From the NCBI GenBank assembly GCA_030704615.1, contig CM060732.1, positions 25,792,001 through 25,856,000 on the forward strand: a DNA stretch of 64,000 nucleotides. The letters run 5' to 3'. Both the position numbers and the translations under genes were made by a program. This DNA is from Takakia lepidozioides (lineage: Eukaryota; Plantae; Bryophyta). The number at the start of each line of letters is the position of its first letter. Within the stretch, counting starts at the first letter, position 1. Below the pieces are notes generated by a model, which had not been told where the DNA came from, did not search any database, and saw nothing but the letters and a program-made list of their open reading frames with translations. Below are positions 1 through 12,893 of the stretch, piece by piece.

Positions 1-476
1 CATTAGGAGCTGTCTGTTACACTAAATTTAGTTGATTCGTCTCCTCTTAGATTGACTGTCTAAGTTATGAGACAGCATTCTTTCTGGTTTGCTTCTTTCT
101 CTTAATTCTTATTTTGTTCGTGTCTTTCCTTGAAGTTTCGTCCAGGTGCGACTGTTTTCAGGTTTGAATGCTCTTCTTTTCCGTGGATGTGGCTGTCATT
201 TTATCTCCTTACATATGGACATTCAGAGTTTACAGTGTTTTTACAGTTCGCTTAGTATGTTGAGAGAGGCTGAATCTCACAGAACCTTCTTTCAAGTTAT
301 ATTCAATGAGATTTGCTAACTTTAGTAATTCATGAAAACATGTGGCTTTCATTCAACTTAAAATAATACAAGCTGCACTCTTCTTGTATTTGAACAATTG
401 TACCTGTGTTACTAACTAGACATCGTGACCTTCCGATGTAAAATGCGATTGAAAGTAAGCTTGTACCGGTGTGCAG

Positions 477-3400
477 GCACAACTAGTGTCGAAGGAGTTG
501 ATTCGAGTGGCTATCTTGTGGCATGAGAGTTGGCACGAGGCACTGGAGGAGGCAAGCCGCCTGTACTTTGGGGAGCACAATGTGGAGGGCATGTTGAATT
601 GTTTGGCCCCTCTGCATGCCACTCTTGAAAGGGAGGGGCCAGTTACTGTGAAAGAGAATGCATTTGTTCAGGTACATGGTGGACTTCTTGTCACCTAATA
701 GAGATAAGACAATTCATTTTACACCTTTTTCAATGTAGTTTCTATTTTAATGAGTGTCGGGGATATTGCACCCTTAATTACTAGATGCATGCCTCTGATG
801 AAGTGTAAATGGATGGTTGTTAATGGTTGTAAATGGTCGGTTGTCATGCCACTGTTCATGCAGTGACCATTTCAAAGTTCTCCTTAAGTTGTAGCATACT
901 AACAAGTAAACAGCAGAGGACTTGATTTAAGTGAATGTCGAGATTGAAGCAAAATCTTTGATGAAGACGCACACTTTTTGGCAGGTAAACCTCTTACTAA
1001 CTGTTGTCTTGAGTTGAATTTGGATGTATATGGCTGAATGTGTTCTGATGGAAAATGGGGCAGGCATATGGACGGGAACTGCAGGAGGCCAATGAGTGTT
1101 GCATGAAGTACCGGCGTACTGGGAAAGAGGCTGAACTCACTCAGGTTTATCTGTATTTCTAGCCTGTTAGTTCTTAGGGTGATGGGGTTGTTGGAAAACC
1201 ACTGGCGTGTGGTCGGGCTAGGGATTGAACCTAGGACCTCCCCCATTCCGGTGGGGTGCTCTACCACTGAGCTACCCGTCCCGTTCTGTTCTCAAAGTGC
1301 CGTGCAAGGGCTATAACCTTGACACTCCAACAGGGGTCAGGGAACAAATTACGTGTGTTTTTTCTCATTTAATGGGTAATGATAACCCTGCTCCTGTGTC
1401 CACCTCTCCTGGAAGTCAATATGAGATGTAGGACAGTCTTTGTGTATTTGTCTTTGTCTTTCTGTTCTACATTTGCAAGTCAGGAGGAGGAGGCCAAAGA
1501 TCCCAGATCAGTAATTTAATTACTGATGTGTGGTTGGGTACCGATGCAGGCATGGGATCTCTACTACCATGTGTTCAAGCGCATCAACAAGCAACTGCCA
1601 AGCCTGACTACTTTGGAGCTGCAGGTATGCCTTTCCCTCACGTCGATGGGTTGATGGCTGAGCAAAGCTTGAAAATTCAGGTCTGATGTATTGATCTAGA
1701 AAGCTTTTAAACCTGCAATTGGGTGTGGCTGGGGGCACACAGTTTGTCTCACCAGAACTGTTGGAGGCACGCAACCTCGAATTGGCTGTTCCTGGAACTT
1801 ATCGTGCAGGTGTGCGATGATGTTCACGTGCTACATGTCATTGTAGTTCTTCTGAGGTTCTAAGCATGAAACGAAACACATGAACTGACAGATTGAAGTT
1901 TACAAGTGAAGGACATATGCTTAGCATTGTGCAATCCTGTTACTTCCCAGAACTGACACCTGATTGCTTTTATCGGACCAGCTTCCCCTGTTGTCACGAT
2001 AGCAGGGTTCGCTCCACAGCTGATGGTCATCACGTCAAAGCAACGGCCACGTAGGTTGACCATCCATGGCAGTGATGGGGAGGACTATGCATTTCTTCTT
2101 AAAGGCCACGAAGACTTGCGGCAAGATGAGCGCGTCATGCAGGTCTGGTTGGCTTCATTGGGAACCCCTTACGTCTCTCCTCCAGAACACCAGAGCTTCA
2201 AACTAGATCAGTCATACTTATTAGAAATTGGGGCCAATAAAGCTATGGTTTGAAAGATGGATTCCTGCCGAAGCAAGCACAAATTATGTTGTCTCTTCAC
2301 TCTCTTCACCCCTACTGCCTTCAGTTGTGCAGATGCATATTTAAGCTGGCACCTTCACCGGGTTCTAGGAGCCAGGAGACTTACCATAGGCTTCACTGCT
2401 ATACCTCAAATAAAGCTGGTCTGATTTGGTGAAGATGGTCAATTTTCCTGTACAGTCAGTAGCCTTGTATGACCCACTGGTTCAGTATGGTATTTGGAAT
2501 ATAATCCAGGGAAAATGGCAAAGTTGGGATCCACCTGCATAGGAATATGTATGAGCAAGGTGCATCTGTTAAGGATTGCAGATGTTGCCCTAGACTGGGA
2601 TTGGAAGCATTAAGAATAGAACAAGCCAGCCTGGGGGGCGGCTGAAAATGCATTGATCAACTGTTGAACACTGGGGTTTGAATGGCACTGGCAGCTGTTT
2701 GGACTTGTCAACACATTGCTGGCAAATGCACGACATACAACTGAGAAGGACCTCTCCATTCAACGTTATGCAGTAATTCCCTTGTCACCCAACAGTGGTC
2801 TCATTGGTTGGGTTCCCAATTGTGACACTCTACACCACCTCATTCGAGAATATCGCGACGCTCGGAAGGTATGTGTCCCTTTTCGTCAAATTGCCCCTTT
2901 CTGTTTGTTAACAGGCCTTATAGTGCCATCAGAACTATATTGTATATATCGATGTCTAAAGTGTTTTCTCATCATTTTATCTTACAGTAGATAAAGCCAT
3001 TGGCATTTAAGTAGATTCATGCATATGTACTTGACCGTCCACCGTATTGATCCTACCACGATAGCCAACAACTAGCTGGGCCCTGGTGTGTGATAGCAGG
3101 TGCCTGTGAACGTGGAGCACCGTTTGATGCTGGTATTTGCACCTGACTATGAGCACCTGACACTCATGGCGAAGGTCGAGGTGTTTGAACACGCCTTGGA
3201 AAAAACACCAGGCAATGACTTGTCAAAGGTAGGAAATTCATGTTGTTGAATAGGGCATTATCAACGGGTCGCATTTTTGTGGGCATGGCTATTGCTTTGC
3301 ATTTGAAGTTCTCAGTGAGTGGGTTGGTACTCTTTTATGTGGACTCCGACTATATCAAGCTTCTCAGCTCGAAGCTGGTCAAATTCGCTGATACACCTCA

Positions 3401-6019
3401 TGACCAAAGCAGGTATGGGAGTCTTGGATTACCGGTCAAGGGGTCCCCTTGAACAAGTGTGCACTCTTTGTCTGACTCTGACTATGTATGCTCTTCAGGT
3501 GCTATGGTTGAAGAGCCGGAGCTCTGAGGTATGGCTGGATCGCCGCACTAATTACACACGCAGCTTGGCAGTTATGAGCATGGTTAGTTCTTCCTCTATC
3601 TCTGCATGACAGTGATGATCTTTGTTGTACTCTCAACAGAACCTTGATGATGGAGGCCTTTATTCTTTCTTGTATCCTAGTCATGGCAGGAGGCTTACTT
3701 TTGCTTTCATTGGAGTGTGCTGCACAGGTGGGCTACTTACTGGGTCTCGGTGACCGTCATCCCAGTAACCTGATGTTGGACCGCTACAGGTGGGTGTTTT
3801 TTTTTCATTTTCCAAGCTGACTGCATATGAGAGTTGGAAGGAAGCACATACAGCCAGATAGTGAGGGAGAATCTTTTGGTTGGAAGATCCATGGGAGACC
3901 TTGGCACACATTAGGTGTTGCAGGATTCTGCTAGTGATCTGTGAATTCAATATCTTGGAGCCACTGTCCAAGCTTTTGAAAGAGGTGTTGTGGTTATTAA
4001 AGCAAGTGTAGTTGTATTTTCAGTGGGAAGATTTTGCATATCGACTTTGGTGACTGTTTTGAGGCTTCCATGAATCGTGAGAAGTTTCCAGAAAAGGTCA
4101 GTTTCTACCTTAAAGTGCAATAGACGCTTCTGTAGTGCAAAGGAGAAGTTTCTTAGATTTCTTTTGTGGGACAATCAGTTATAAGCAATCTAATTTTTCT
4201 ACCTTAAAGTGCAATAGACGTTTCTGTAGTGCAAAGGAGAAGTTTCTTAGATTTCTTTTGTGGGACAATCAGTTATAAGCAATCTAATTTTTCCAAATTT
4301 CATCACTTGTTTTTACGGGTAACCCATACATACGTCTATTTTGCTGAGAATGAATGAAGGAAAGAAACTGCATGACATCCACAGGGTCTTGAGCGCTCAT
4401 GGTACGTAGCAGACAAGAAACCACTTCCTACTTTCAGAGAAAGTGGAGCTTTTGTTGGGTAAGAAGTGACATGATACAAGCATAACCACTTTTTTCGTGC
4501 TTGTGGCGACCAGGTGCCATTCAGACTGACACGCATGTTGGTGAAAGCTATGGAGGTGAGTGGAATAGAGGGCAATTTCCGCTCGACCTGTGAGAACGTC
4601 ATGCAAGTTCTGCGTACAAACAAAGACAGTGTCATGGCCATGATGGAGGTAACACCAGAGACGATGCAATGCCTGCAATGTTTATACCCATAATGCATAC
4701 GACTTCGGTAACTAGACATTTATGTCGTTATATCAATCAGGGCAGGGGTGACCCTTTTCAACATAGTTTACGCTGGTGCCATGTTGGCAGACGTACCATG
4801 TGGTGATAGTGGTCGTCTTCAGTTTAAGATTAGACTAGGATCAGTCTTCACCTGTAGAGATAAATAGACATAAAGAAAGTGTACTTCAGAGAAGTTTTGT
4901 TTAGTTGGAGGTCTGTGTACCAAAGGATGTGGTGACGGAAGTGCAGGCTTTTGTGCACGATCCTTTGATAAACTGGCGTCTCTTCAACCTGAACGAGGTG
5001 CCTCATGCAGCTGGCCATGGGCGTGGTCAGACTGGTGGCAACATGGATGACGGTGGTGGAACCTCCAACTTTGCCTCTCCTCCACAGCGTGGTGTCCGTG
5101 AACGGGAATTGATGCAGGTTTGCCCCTCTCTTTTGGTCATAGAATGCAACTTCCTGAGGCAGTGTTGTTTGGAGCGAAGTTAAGAGGTCTGCTCCTCCAT
5201 TACCCGAGGTTTCCGATCTTCGCAAGGTTGTATGGAATTGTTGTGGTCAGCTCACAGGAACTGAGCCGTTCGGGATGTGAAGATTTCTGGTTGTCGTTGA
5301 GTAGACCCTTGGAAAAAAAAATCCTGATTTGTTCAGAGTTAGAATTAACACTTACAGTTGTGACAGGATTGAGCAGGGGATGAGGTGCATATTGCCCACC
5401 ATCCTGCAATCTATGCTAGATTAAAGTCAGAAGTGCCTGCCTACAATCTATTTTCTCCAACCTGCTGTAAAGTCAGTATGTTCTGACATTAGCTTTTCAC
5501 ACCGCTGCGGGTTCGTGCTGACAGGCTGTGGGACAGCTGGGAGATGCAAATGAGGTTCTTAATGAGCGTGCAGTGGCTGTCATGGCACGCATGAGCAACA
5601 AGCTGACGGGCCGTGATTTTTCCCCTACCACAGTCCCCACAAGCTTGCCCAGCTCGTCTGATTCCGCTAATATGGTGCTGCTTAAGCCTGAGCGGCTTGG
5701 AGATGGACGTGAAGTGGAGCTTGGGTTGAGTGTCAAGATCCAGGTGCAGAAGTTGATCACGCAGGCCATGTCGCATGAGAATCTCTGCCAGAGCTATGTT
5801 GGGTAAGCATTTGTCGCATTGTTTTTGTGTGTGAATTATGGCTCATATGGCGGCTTCGTCTGGTCTCAGAATGAAGGACCTGTTCAGATGTGTAAATTAG
5901 GAAATCAACTCTCTCTATCTGCTTGGTTCCTGTAAAGGCTTCAAATCTGAATACGACATTCAGTTCCTCGCAATTGATCACCAGGTTTTCTGGTTCGCAG
6001 GTGGTGTCCCTTCTGGTAG
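477..6019 (+). CDS. TOR: Target of rapamycin (TOR) kinase, 3' part (FRB, PI3K-like kinase, FATC); the 5' part lies outside the window
   Basis: GT-AG exons splice in frame: 477-671, 1064-1144, 1550-1624, 1743-1809, 1982-2142, 2695-2868, 3100-3228, 3499-3582, 3728-3789, 4024-4096, 4514-4648, 4947-5117, 5525-5802, 6001-6019. Motifs: [76 protein letters not shown], and C-terminal LCQSYVGWCPFW*. Confidence 0.98.
1210..1281 (-). ncRNA. tRNA-like sequence (pseudo-tRNA or SINE head) antisense in a TOR intron
   Basis: Minus strand GGACGGG TA GCTC AGTGGTA GAGC A CCCCA CCGGAAT GGGGG AGGTC CTAGG TTCAATC CCTAG CCCGACC A folds as a cloverleaf with A and B boxes. The anticodon arm is aberrant (C at 33, stem mismatch). 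Confidence 0.65.
4102..4293. repeat. 94-bp tandem duplication inside a TOR intron
   Basis: TACCTTAAAGTGCAATAGACG...AATCTAATTTTTC occurs at 4106 and 4200, nearly identical. Confidence 0.9.
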
Positions 6020-9000
6020 GCAAACATAATATTTGGCAATCTGTCTCTCTACATCAAGTGATTCTGTCAATGGAGCTCATGTGCTGTCTTGTCTGCCATG
6101 GTTTCACAAGCTCCCTCATGTGCTTGCTTCAGCATATCTATAGCCTAAGGGCTCTCCAGGACCTCATATTGTAAACATGAGATAAGCTCTTTCTCCTACA
6201 GTTGCTCCTGAGAAAACGAAGGTACAAACACGCCTCCACATTTGGTCACTCTCCTGCCTGTCCAGTGCCTCAGGCCCTAGTGTGGAGGTTCTGATGTCCA
6301 GTAAAGACATCGAGAAATGTCACTCGTCAATGCTTCCACCACACCTGTAAGGTCTATGGTGAGAGATCTCTGAGTTTGGGGCTGCTATACAAAGGAGATG
6401 CTCCTGTTCCAACACGAGAATGGCACTAAAATAGCAGGCCAAGATAATTCGCTGGACGGAGCAAAATCTGGAGCTCCCTGAAAGCTCTCAGCCAAGATGG
6501 CATGCTGATACAAAATTCAGCCTACTTCAAGCTGGTATGTCAAACCCTCTAAGCACTCCCAACTTCTAGAGCTTTTTACTGACCTGAAAACCAACTAGTT
6601 ATTAAGAGGTTTGAATGCAGTAACAGCAGGCTGACTTGCAGAAAGCATCTTGTTGCAGACAATGGGTTCTGTAGAGCTGTTGCATGAAGAGAGTTTTAAG
6701 ATCTCAGAGACAGATCTGGAAAGGATTTAATTGACTTTAGCACTACTCCCACCACGTGGTTACCTACGATTGCTGAAGGCACCAGCTGCTTGGGGGGATC
6801 GCACACAATTAGTTTCATGTCATCTCATGTTACGGTTTGGTCTTGAACTGCTGGTTTTCATGCTGATTTTCATTTTGCTGCAGTGTTCTAAGGATCCTTG
6901 TGATACAAACTTCATTTCTGATGAAACCTGCAACCTCAATAGAACTTTCAGCATCGTCATTTTGTCGATTTTGAAACATTCTGGAAATCATCACTCTAGA
7001 ATACTCTTGTAATGCTGCATGTGGTGCAACTTCGCAGGTTGCAGCTCGAGTTGACTGTCAGCTCTCCAATCCAAGAGAACGAGGTTACCGCATACACATC
7101 ATTGGAAGCTTTGAAGATTGGGTTGTCTGTTGAGAAGTGGTCCTGGTGAGTGTGGAAACGAATTGAAGCAAAGTTGGAGGTCACATCTTGATGGGTGAAA
7201 GGCACTGGTATGGGATGAAAATGATGATAATCAATATGGTCCCTTGTGGATTCATGGGACCACATGTCTCATCTTTAGAGAACCCTGCCTTGTTTGTAGG
7301 GTTTTGGTTAAGTCATTATGTGATATTCTGTACAATATAGGGTTGTGTAAATAATACAGTCTCCTCATAGGTGGGTTACATGTAGTGTGGATCTCTCTTG
7401 AAACCCCTCAAAATCGTGCCTTTCTTTGAATTGTTTTACTCATCTAGAACTGGGCATTTCAATTCAAGGCACATTCTTGATGGCACTGGTGGAAAATTGC
7501 AGCAGATGCAATCAAGTAGCTAGTGCTCTTGGTGGTTTGATTCTGGAGGCCACCTTTTTGTAGTGAAGTGAGCTTTCAAGGTGATAAACAGGTCACTTAC
7601 CGGTCACAGCACAAGTTGATTCAACACACTTTGTGGGGAAAACAGCGCTGGTGGTTGCAGGATGTGTGAGCAAGTGGCAATCAGGAGTACCTGCGAAAGT
7701 TGGAACAGACTGAAGACGTTCTGCATCCCTGCACACCCAGTCAACATGGTCTCAAGGCATTTTTGTGCCAGTGCTCTAACACAGATACAGACCCAAGTCA
7801 GCAGTAATGAGAGCTTCTTCCCCTTGCAGGTACTGCCCCATTTCAGGGGTGTGCTCTAGGTCTAACATACAGACATACCTGAACTACCCTCCATTGAGAT
7901 CAGCATTATTTTTCTGGCCTTACATTAATTTCAATAAGCATTACATTTCCACTTGTGATGCCTTCCTGAGCACAGCCCCAAAAGATGTGTGTTGATGAAG
8001 CCAGTGTGGATTTGTGACTGTCATCAGTGTATCTGCAATGATGTGGCATGTATACCTGCAATACTCCTGAGACAAGCCAAACTAGACCATAGTGGCGATA
8101 CTTGTGTCTCTCGTCATCTTAGCCAGAGTGAAGTGGACTAGTCTGCAAGAAGGGGTCAAAACCAAGGAGCCATGAAAGCAGAAAGATTGAATCCCAGCAT
8201 GATGAACGATTCAGTAGATCACCATATACTAGTGTGAAATCCTTGCTAACCCAGCAAAGCCAAGTTTATCACATCAACTAAAGGCTCCTTGTTTGACAGC
8301 ATGCTTAGATACTGGTCGTGATCAGTTTCACTGGTGGATTTAAGTCTGCGATACCTTCACAGATGAATAAAATGATTGAAGTATACATGCAGGAGTCCCC
8401 ATTTCTATGGCATTTCATCTTTCCCGTCTGCACACTGAGTCCCATGGTCAAGGAGGTAAAGTTAATTGCATGTCGACATTATGGAGATTGACTTCACTTG
8501 ACGATGTTTAGTTGCGGGAATGGGGTTGCTAGGAAACCTGTCGAACTCGAGCTTTGCGATGTGAAATCTGCCACAGGCAGCAACTTGTGATGAATCCTAA
8601 ACGACTGCCATGCCTGATCACCATAGCTATGGCAATATGATATGGAACCGACTAATGCGTAAGAACGCATGGATCCAACGCAATCCAAAGCTATGCGCTG
8701 CTAATTTATCAGCTCCGGTTTACGGAGCTGCTATGCATCTTGCATGAGAGTTGACATGCTACAGTCTTTTGCATGAATGCAATTTAATTTACTATGTACA
8801 GAAGAAAAGGGAAACGAAAAATGGTTGTCTTCCAAGCTCCATTGCAGGGTGCCAACGTTCAGGATGATTGGGTTGATAATCCTTGTGACTTCAATCGGGC
8901 TTCAATCTCACTCTCACCAGATCCTACAGACGATATTAGCTGCACAGCGCGTATTATAAACCCACTGCAGTAGGATAGTATAAAGATGCACTGTGTATGT

Positions 9001-9145
9001 ACATTTGAACATTTCAAACCATCTTCTACATCAAGTTATGAAAGCAATGTGAGGGATGTTGAGGATGACCGTAACTTCAGGTGTGACACATACTGCACTG
9101 GCCCCATGACAAGAGTCGGTCCACTGCAGATGGAGAGAAATGGTG

Positions 9146-9730
9146 TGTCGTGCGCATACATATCGCTACACAACTACATCGTTGTCCAAAACCACACAAC
9201 ACACACTAGTATATCACTAGTCCAGCCACTAATCCAACCACTAGACTGCCACTATGCTGCCCACTATGGCAGTCACTAGTCCACCACAATGATAAAGAAG
9301 AAGATTACAAGCACAAGTTCATGCGAGCTCACAAAGCTGAAGCATAAAATCATGCATATATAAACTCATCACTCAAATACAAAGTGCATCCCACGCCATG
9401 GGGAATCCACACTACGGCGCCATAGCTAGGCGCGGTGAGGCTCAACTCGCGAAAGATGAGCCTCCCGCGCTTGCCGTGAAGATAACCACTCCAGGGCCTA
9501 AATCTGCCTTGACCCCTGGATTGACACTTGGGCCAATCCCAAATGTCAATATGTAAAAACTAGCTATTTCATAGCTAGTTTCACACTAGTGGTGAAATAA
9601 CTTGACAGCTGTCGTGCGCATACATATCGCTACACAACTACATCGCTGTCCAAAATCACACAACACACACTAGTATATCACTAGTCCAACCACCAGGGTG
9701 TCACTATGGCAGTCACTAGTCCACCACAAT
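9146..9730. repeat. Direct repeat (9146-9290 and 9610-9730), possibly LTR/3' region of the adjacent Gypsy remnant
   Basis: TGTCGTGCGCATACATATCGCTACACAACTACATCG... occurs twice. 9146-9607 is bounded by TGTC...GACA. Confidence 0.55.
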
Positions 9731-9986
9731 CGACCCCTAGCTGGTGCTTAGGTCCCTCTAAGTCCAGGTAGCTACAAGATGTGATAGTGACCGTAGCCTC
9801 ACTAAGTCCTCCACCACTGTCCCTACTACACTCAAACTCGATAGATCAAGAGGCCGGGTACAAGAGTAGCCCATCGTGAGTCGCCGTCTTGCAACCTGTG
9901 AACTTGAGCCTGGGATCTCGTGTATTGACTCTTATGAGCTTGGCCGCCTATGTCTTATTAGCTGCCACTAGTCATATCCACTGCCA

Positions 9987-10135
9987 CTATCCCAAGCAGT
10001 GTGGACATAACCAATCTTCATCAGGAACCCTCTCAAGAGGTGGTGTCAAGCATCCCATGTGTCAACCTCTTGAGCATCGATCACACACCAGCATGGTGGC
10101 TACCCCTTTGGCAGACCCACAGAGCATGCACCTCA
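9987..10135 (-). pseudogene. PHD finger at the integrase C-terminus
   Basis: CMLC...MLVCDRCSRG*HMGCLTPPLERVPDEDWLCPHC is a C4HC3 pattern with one TGA at a W position. Confidence 0.85.
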
Positions 10136-10742
10136 AACCTGCCGGTATCACTGCCCAGTTTGGGTCAACTATGCCATCGACATTGGGAAGGTGACATGGC
10201 GCACAATTACGCACATGATTCTTCCAAGTCATGTCATCCCGACCCTCCAAAATCAGGAATCCTGAGAGCAACACCTCTCGAATCCTCAAAATAACACGTC
10301 CTGCAATCACATCCAAGGTCGTAGGAGAAGTCTGCTGCAAATAAACATAGTCCCCAGGGTGGGACCTCCGAACCCCAGGACGATATCTTCCACCACGTAT
10401 AGTAGCATACCTCAATGTATCAGGGTGCTGTGGAAAGCGATTGGCGTTACCGACATTCACTTCTATCTCCTGCAGAAAATAAGAAACAGAGGGCTAGCAA
10501 GGTTCTCAAAAGCCATGGGCATGACTTTTTTGAACAACTCTGCACGCTGATCACATGCACGTACCCACACGTTTGGATCGTCAAGGTTAAGGACTTGAGT
10601 AGTGTCCCTACGAATGGCAGGAGGCAAATCCGGCTCTCGGCCAAATAGAAGGAAATATGGTGAGAAATAGGCAAGTGATGCTTGCTTGCTTGCTGAACAT
10701 GTAGCCCATGGCTAACCAAGGCACCTGAAGATCCTAATCTCC

Positions 10743-11208
10743 TAGATGTCCCTTCTCAACAGTTCGTGGCTAGGTGCATGGTGTGTGACAGGGTGCGTGC
10801 TTCATTCAATGCCCCTACACCCCAGTTGCATCCTCTTCCGATCATGGGATTGGGCTACAGGTGGAGTCTTGACTTCGCAGGACCGTTGCCACTGACGATG
10901 CGCCACCACAGATATGTGTTGGTAATGATGGAGCACTTCTCCAAGTGGATTGAGTTGGTTCTGTTGCCTGACAAGGCTAGTGAGGGGGCTGCGTATTCAT
11001 TCTTGGATCGTGTGCTTAGCCGATTCGGTGCTCCAGCTGAGGTACTCACGGACCAAGGGAGAGATCTCTTGGGGGAGTTTCAGGCTTTGTGCGATAAACC
11101 CTTGATAGACCACCACACCACTTCTCGGGATCATCCTGAGGCCGATGGCTTGGCATAGAAAGTTGTTCAGACGGTGAAGAGGGGTTTGCGCAAGTATGGC
11201 CTCTATGT
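10743..11208 (+). pseudogene. Integrase catalytic core (rve), inverted relative to the rest of the element
   Basis: QQFVARCMVCDR...WSLDFAGPLP...EHFSKWIE...VLTDQG...HPEADGLA*KVVQTVKRGL reads on +, while both flanks read on -. Confidence 0.9.
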
Positions 11209-11479
11209 ACATACCACGCCACCAATATTGCCCCTGCAGTAGACTGTGAGTGCATCGCACTCCAAAATGCCCCAACTCCTCATGGACATGCCGCACTAAC
11301 CGTGCACACTGTGTTGGGTGAGGCACAATCCTCACCCAACCATCCTCCCACACTAGGAGCATGTGTATCCTCTCCCACTTGAACCTCTTGGCTCGTTGCA
11401 GGATCTAATCCCTTTCCTTGGCAGTCACAGTGGCTGCCGTGTCTCCAGTACGGAGGTAGTCCAACACAGCCGAATCAAC

Positions 11480-12113
11480 ATTAGGCTCCACTAACTGCTG
11501 CAACTGAGCATCCCACAGGAGGCTAGGTCCACTATCCCGGAAAGCATGCAATCCTAGGAAGCTGAGCAGTGGAGGTAGTGTTGCTCGTGGTTGACCCACC
11601 TTGTTGACCACTGCCAAAGACGAATGGTCATCGTGTCTCACACGATGAGATTGCCTCCTCATGTCCAAGATGTTGTCCACTGTCAGGTGTGATAGCCATT
11701 GCACCCCATCATATGCACGCTTGAGTAGTGGTGGTGGCATCAAGTTGGTCCACCATAATTGTGGACGATGAGCCCGTGACCCCACTGCAGCTGCATCCAA
11801 CAATACTACTGACTCAAGCCACGATCGGACTTGATGCACACTGGCCATCACCTTGCCCCGAGTATCACCCATCAGTGACACATTCTCCAAGATATAAGCT
11901 GGAGACACAGCTTGATGAAGCTGTAGATAGCGCAAAACCCACACCATCTCCCAAAACAGACCCGACCTCGAGTCTCGCAATCCATTGTCATGCCCAGCTA
12001 ATGAATGCCCTTTGGCAAGGCCAACCTGCCACTATCAAATCAATAGAGCCAACCTGCTCCAAATCATGCGTCCCCAGCAGGGAAATGTTTGCTGGCAAGG
12101 CCTGCTGATATCC
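11480..12113 (-). pseudogene. DNMT3-like cytosine-5 methyltransferase domain within retrotransposon pol
   Basis: IDLIVAGWPCQ (motif IV; 1-nt frameshift near 12011) then GHSLAGHDNGLRDSRSGLFWE, YILENV (motif VI) and LDAAAVGSRAHRPQLWWTNL (motif VIII; compare DNMT3 DAKEVSAAHRARYFWGNL). Motifs IX-X are not visible. Confidence 0.85.
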
Positions 12114-12114
12114 A

Positions 12115-12117
<3 letters not shown>

Positions 12118-12167
<50 letters not shown>
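12118..12167. repeat. (GA)n microsatellite at the DNMT truncation point
   Basis: About 25 GA units. Confidence 0.97.
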
Positions 12168-12171
<4 letters not shown>

Positions 12172-12893
12172 CAGAGACAGAGGGACAGAGGGATAGAGAG
12201 AGGGAGAAATCAGGAAACCAACAAAAAAAAAAATGGGGGGGGGGGGGAGTGACTGAGCCCGTGGTGCTCAGCAGCTGCTGGTGGTGCTCAGTCACTCCCC
12301 CCCCCCCCCCCCCCACCTTTTTCTTTTCTCTTTGTTGCCCCCTCTCGAGACCCCGAGCACTTGCTGCTCTCAGCCCCCGACGTGCTTGGTTTTTTTTGTT
12401 TTTGATCTGGTATGTTCCTAATGAGGCCAACTTGTGGGTTTGCATGACAAGTGCCAGCTTATAGGGAAAGGGAAGAAGTCCCCTGCCCCAAGGAAAGGGG
12501 CGGACAATCCATTTGCTCTGCCGGCACGTGTGACGCGCCAGGGCGTCTCACGGCTATCCAGCCCCGTCGACAGCCGCAGCCGGAGGGCTCGTCTGCCCTC
12601 CGAGAGGCCAGTACCCCCCCTCTTGTCCACATCTTGGATGCGCCAGGGGCCGGCTCAGCCAGCTCTCCTATTCGGGAGGTTGTTGCTGAGTCGGAAGCTC
12701 AGTTGAGCACACCCCCGGCCACCAAGACTGGTGAAATGTACCTTGGCAAGCACATCACCCGTTCGGGGGCCCGGTATGAGCACATTTTGGATGTCCCGAG
12801 ATCCCTTTTACCATCAATGAAGGGGCTGCCGAGGAGAGAGAAAGAAGGGAGAGGGAGAAGGAGAGAGAGGAAGTAGCGGGGAAGGGGAAGGAG

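Larger units (their letters stand above)
9987..12113 (-). mobile_element. Degenerate Ty3/Gypsy pol 3' half: C5 DNA methyltransferase - integrase - PHD finger
   Basis: Minus strand order: DNMT motifs; integrase Zn finger (HEELGHFG..T..LLQGQYWWRGM); inverted rve core; PWLAMGY...SPYFLLFGR; PHD finger. Several stops and frameshifts. Confidence 0.88.

Noticed and set aside
1210-1281. Functional tRNA-Ser(GGA)
   Set aside because: No U33, mismatched anticodon and acceptor stems, and no long variable arm.
6020-9140. Short ORFs downstream of TOR
   Set aside because: No recognisable motifs or consistent splice pattern; treated as 3' UTR/intergenic.
11480-12113. Bacterial restriction-modification methylase or contamination
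   Set aside because: Motif VIII is DNMT3-like, and the domain runs into a Gypsy integrase frame within plant DNA.
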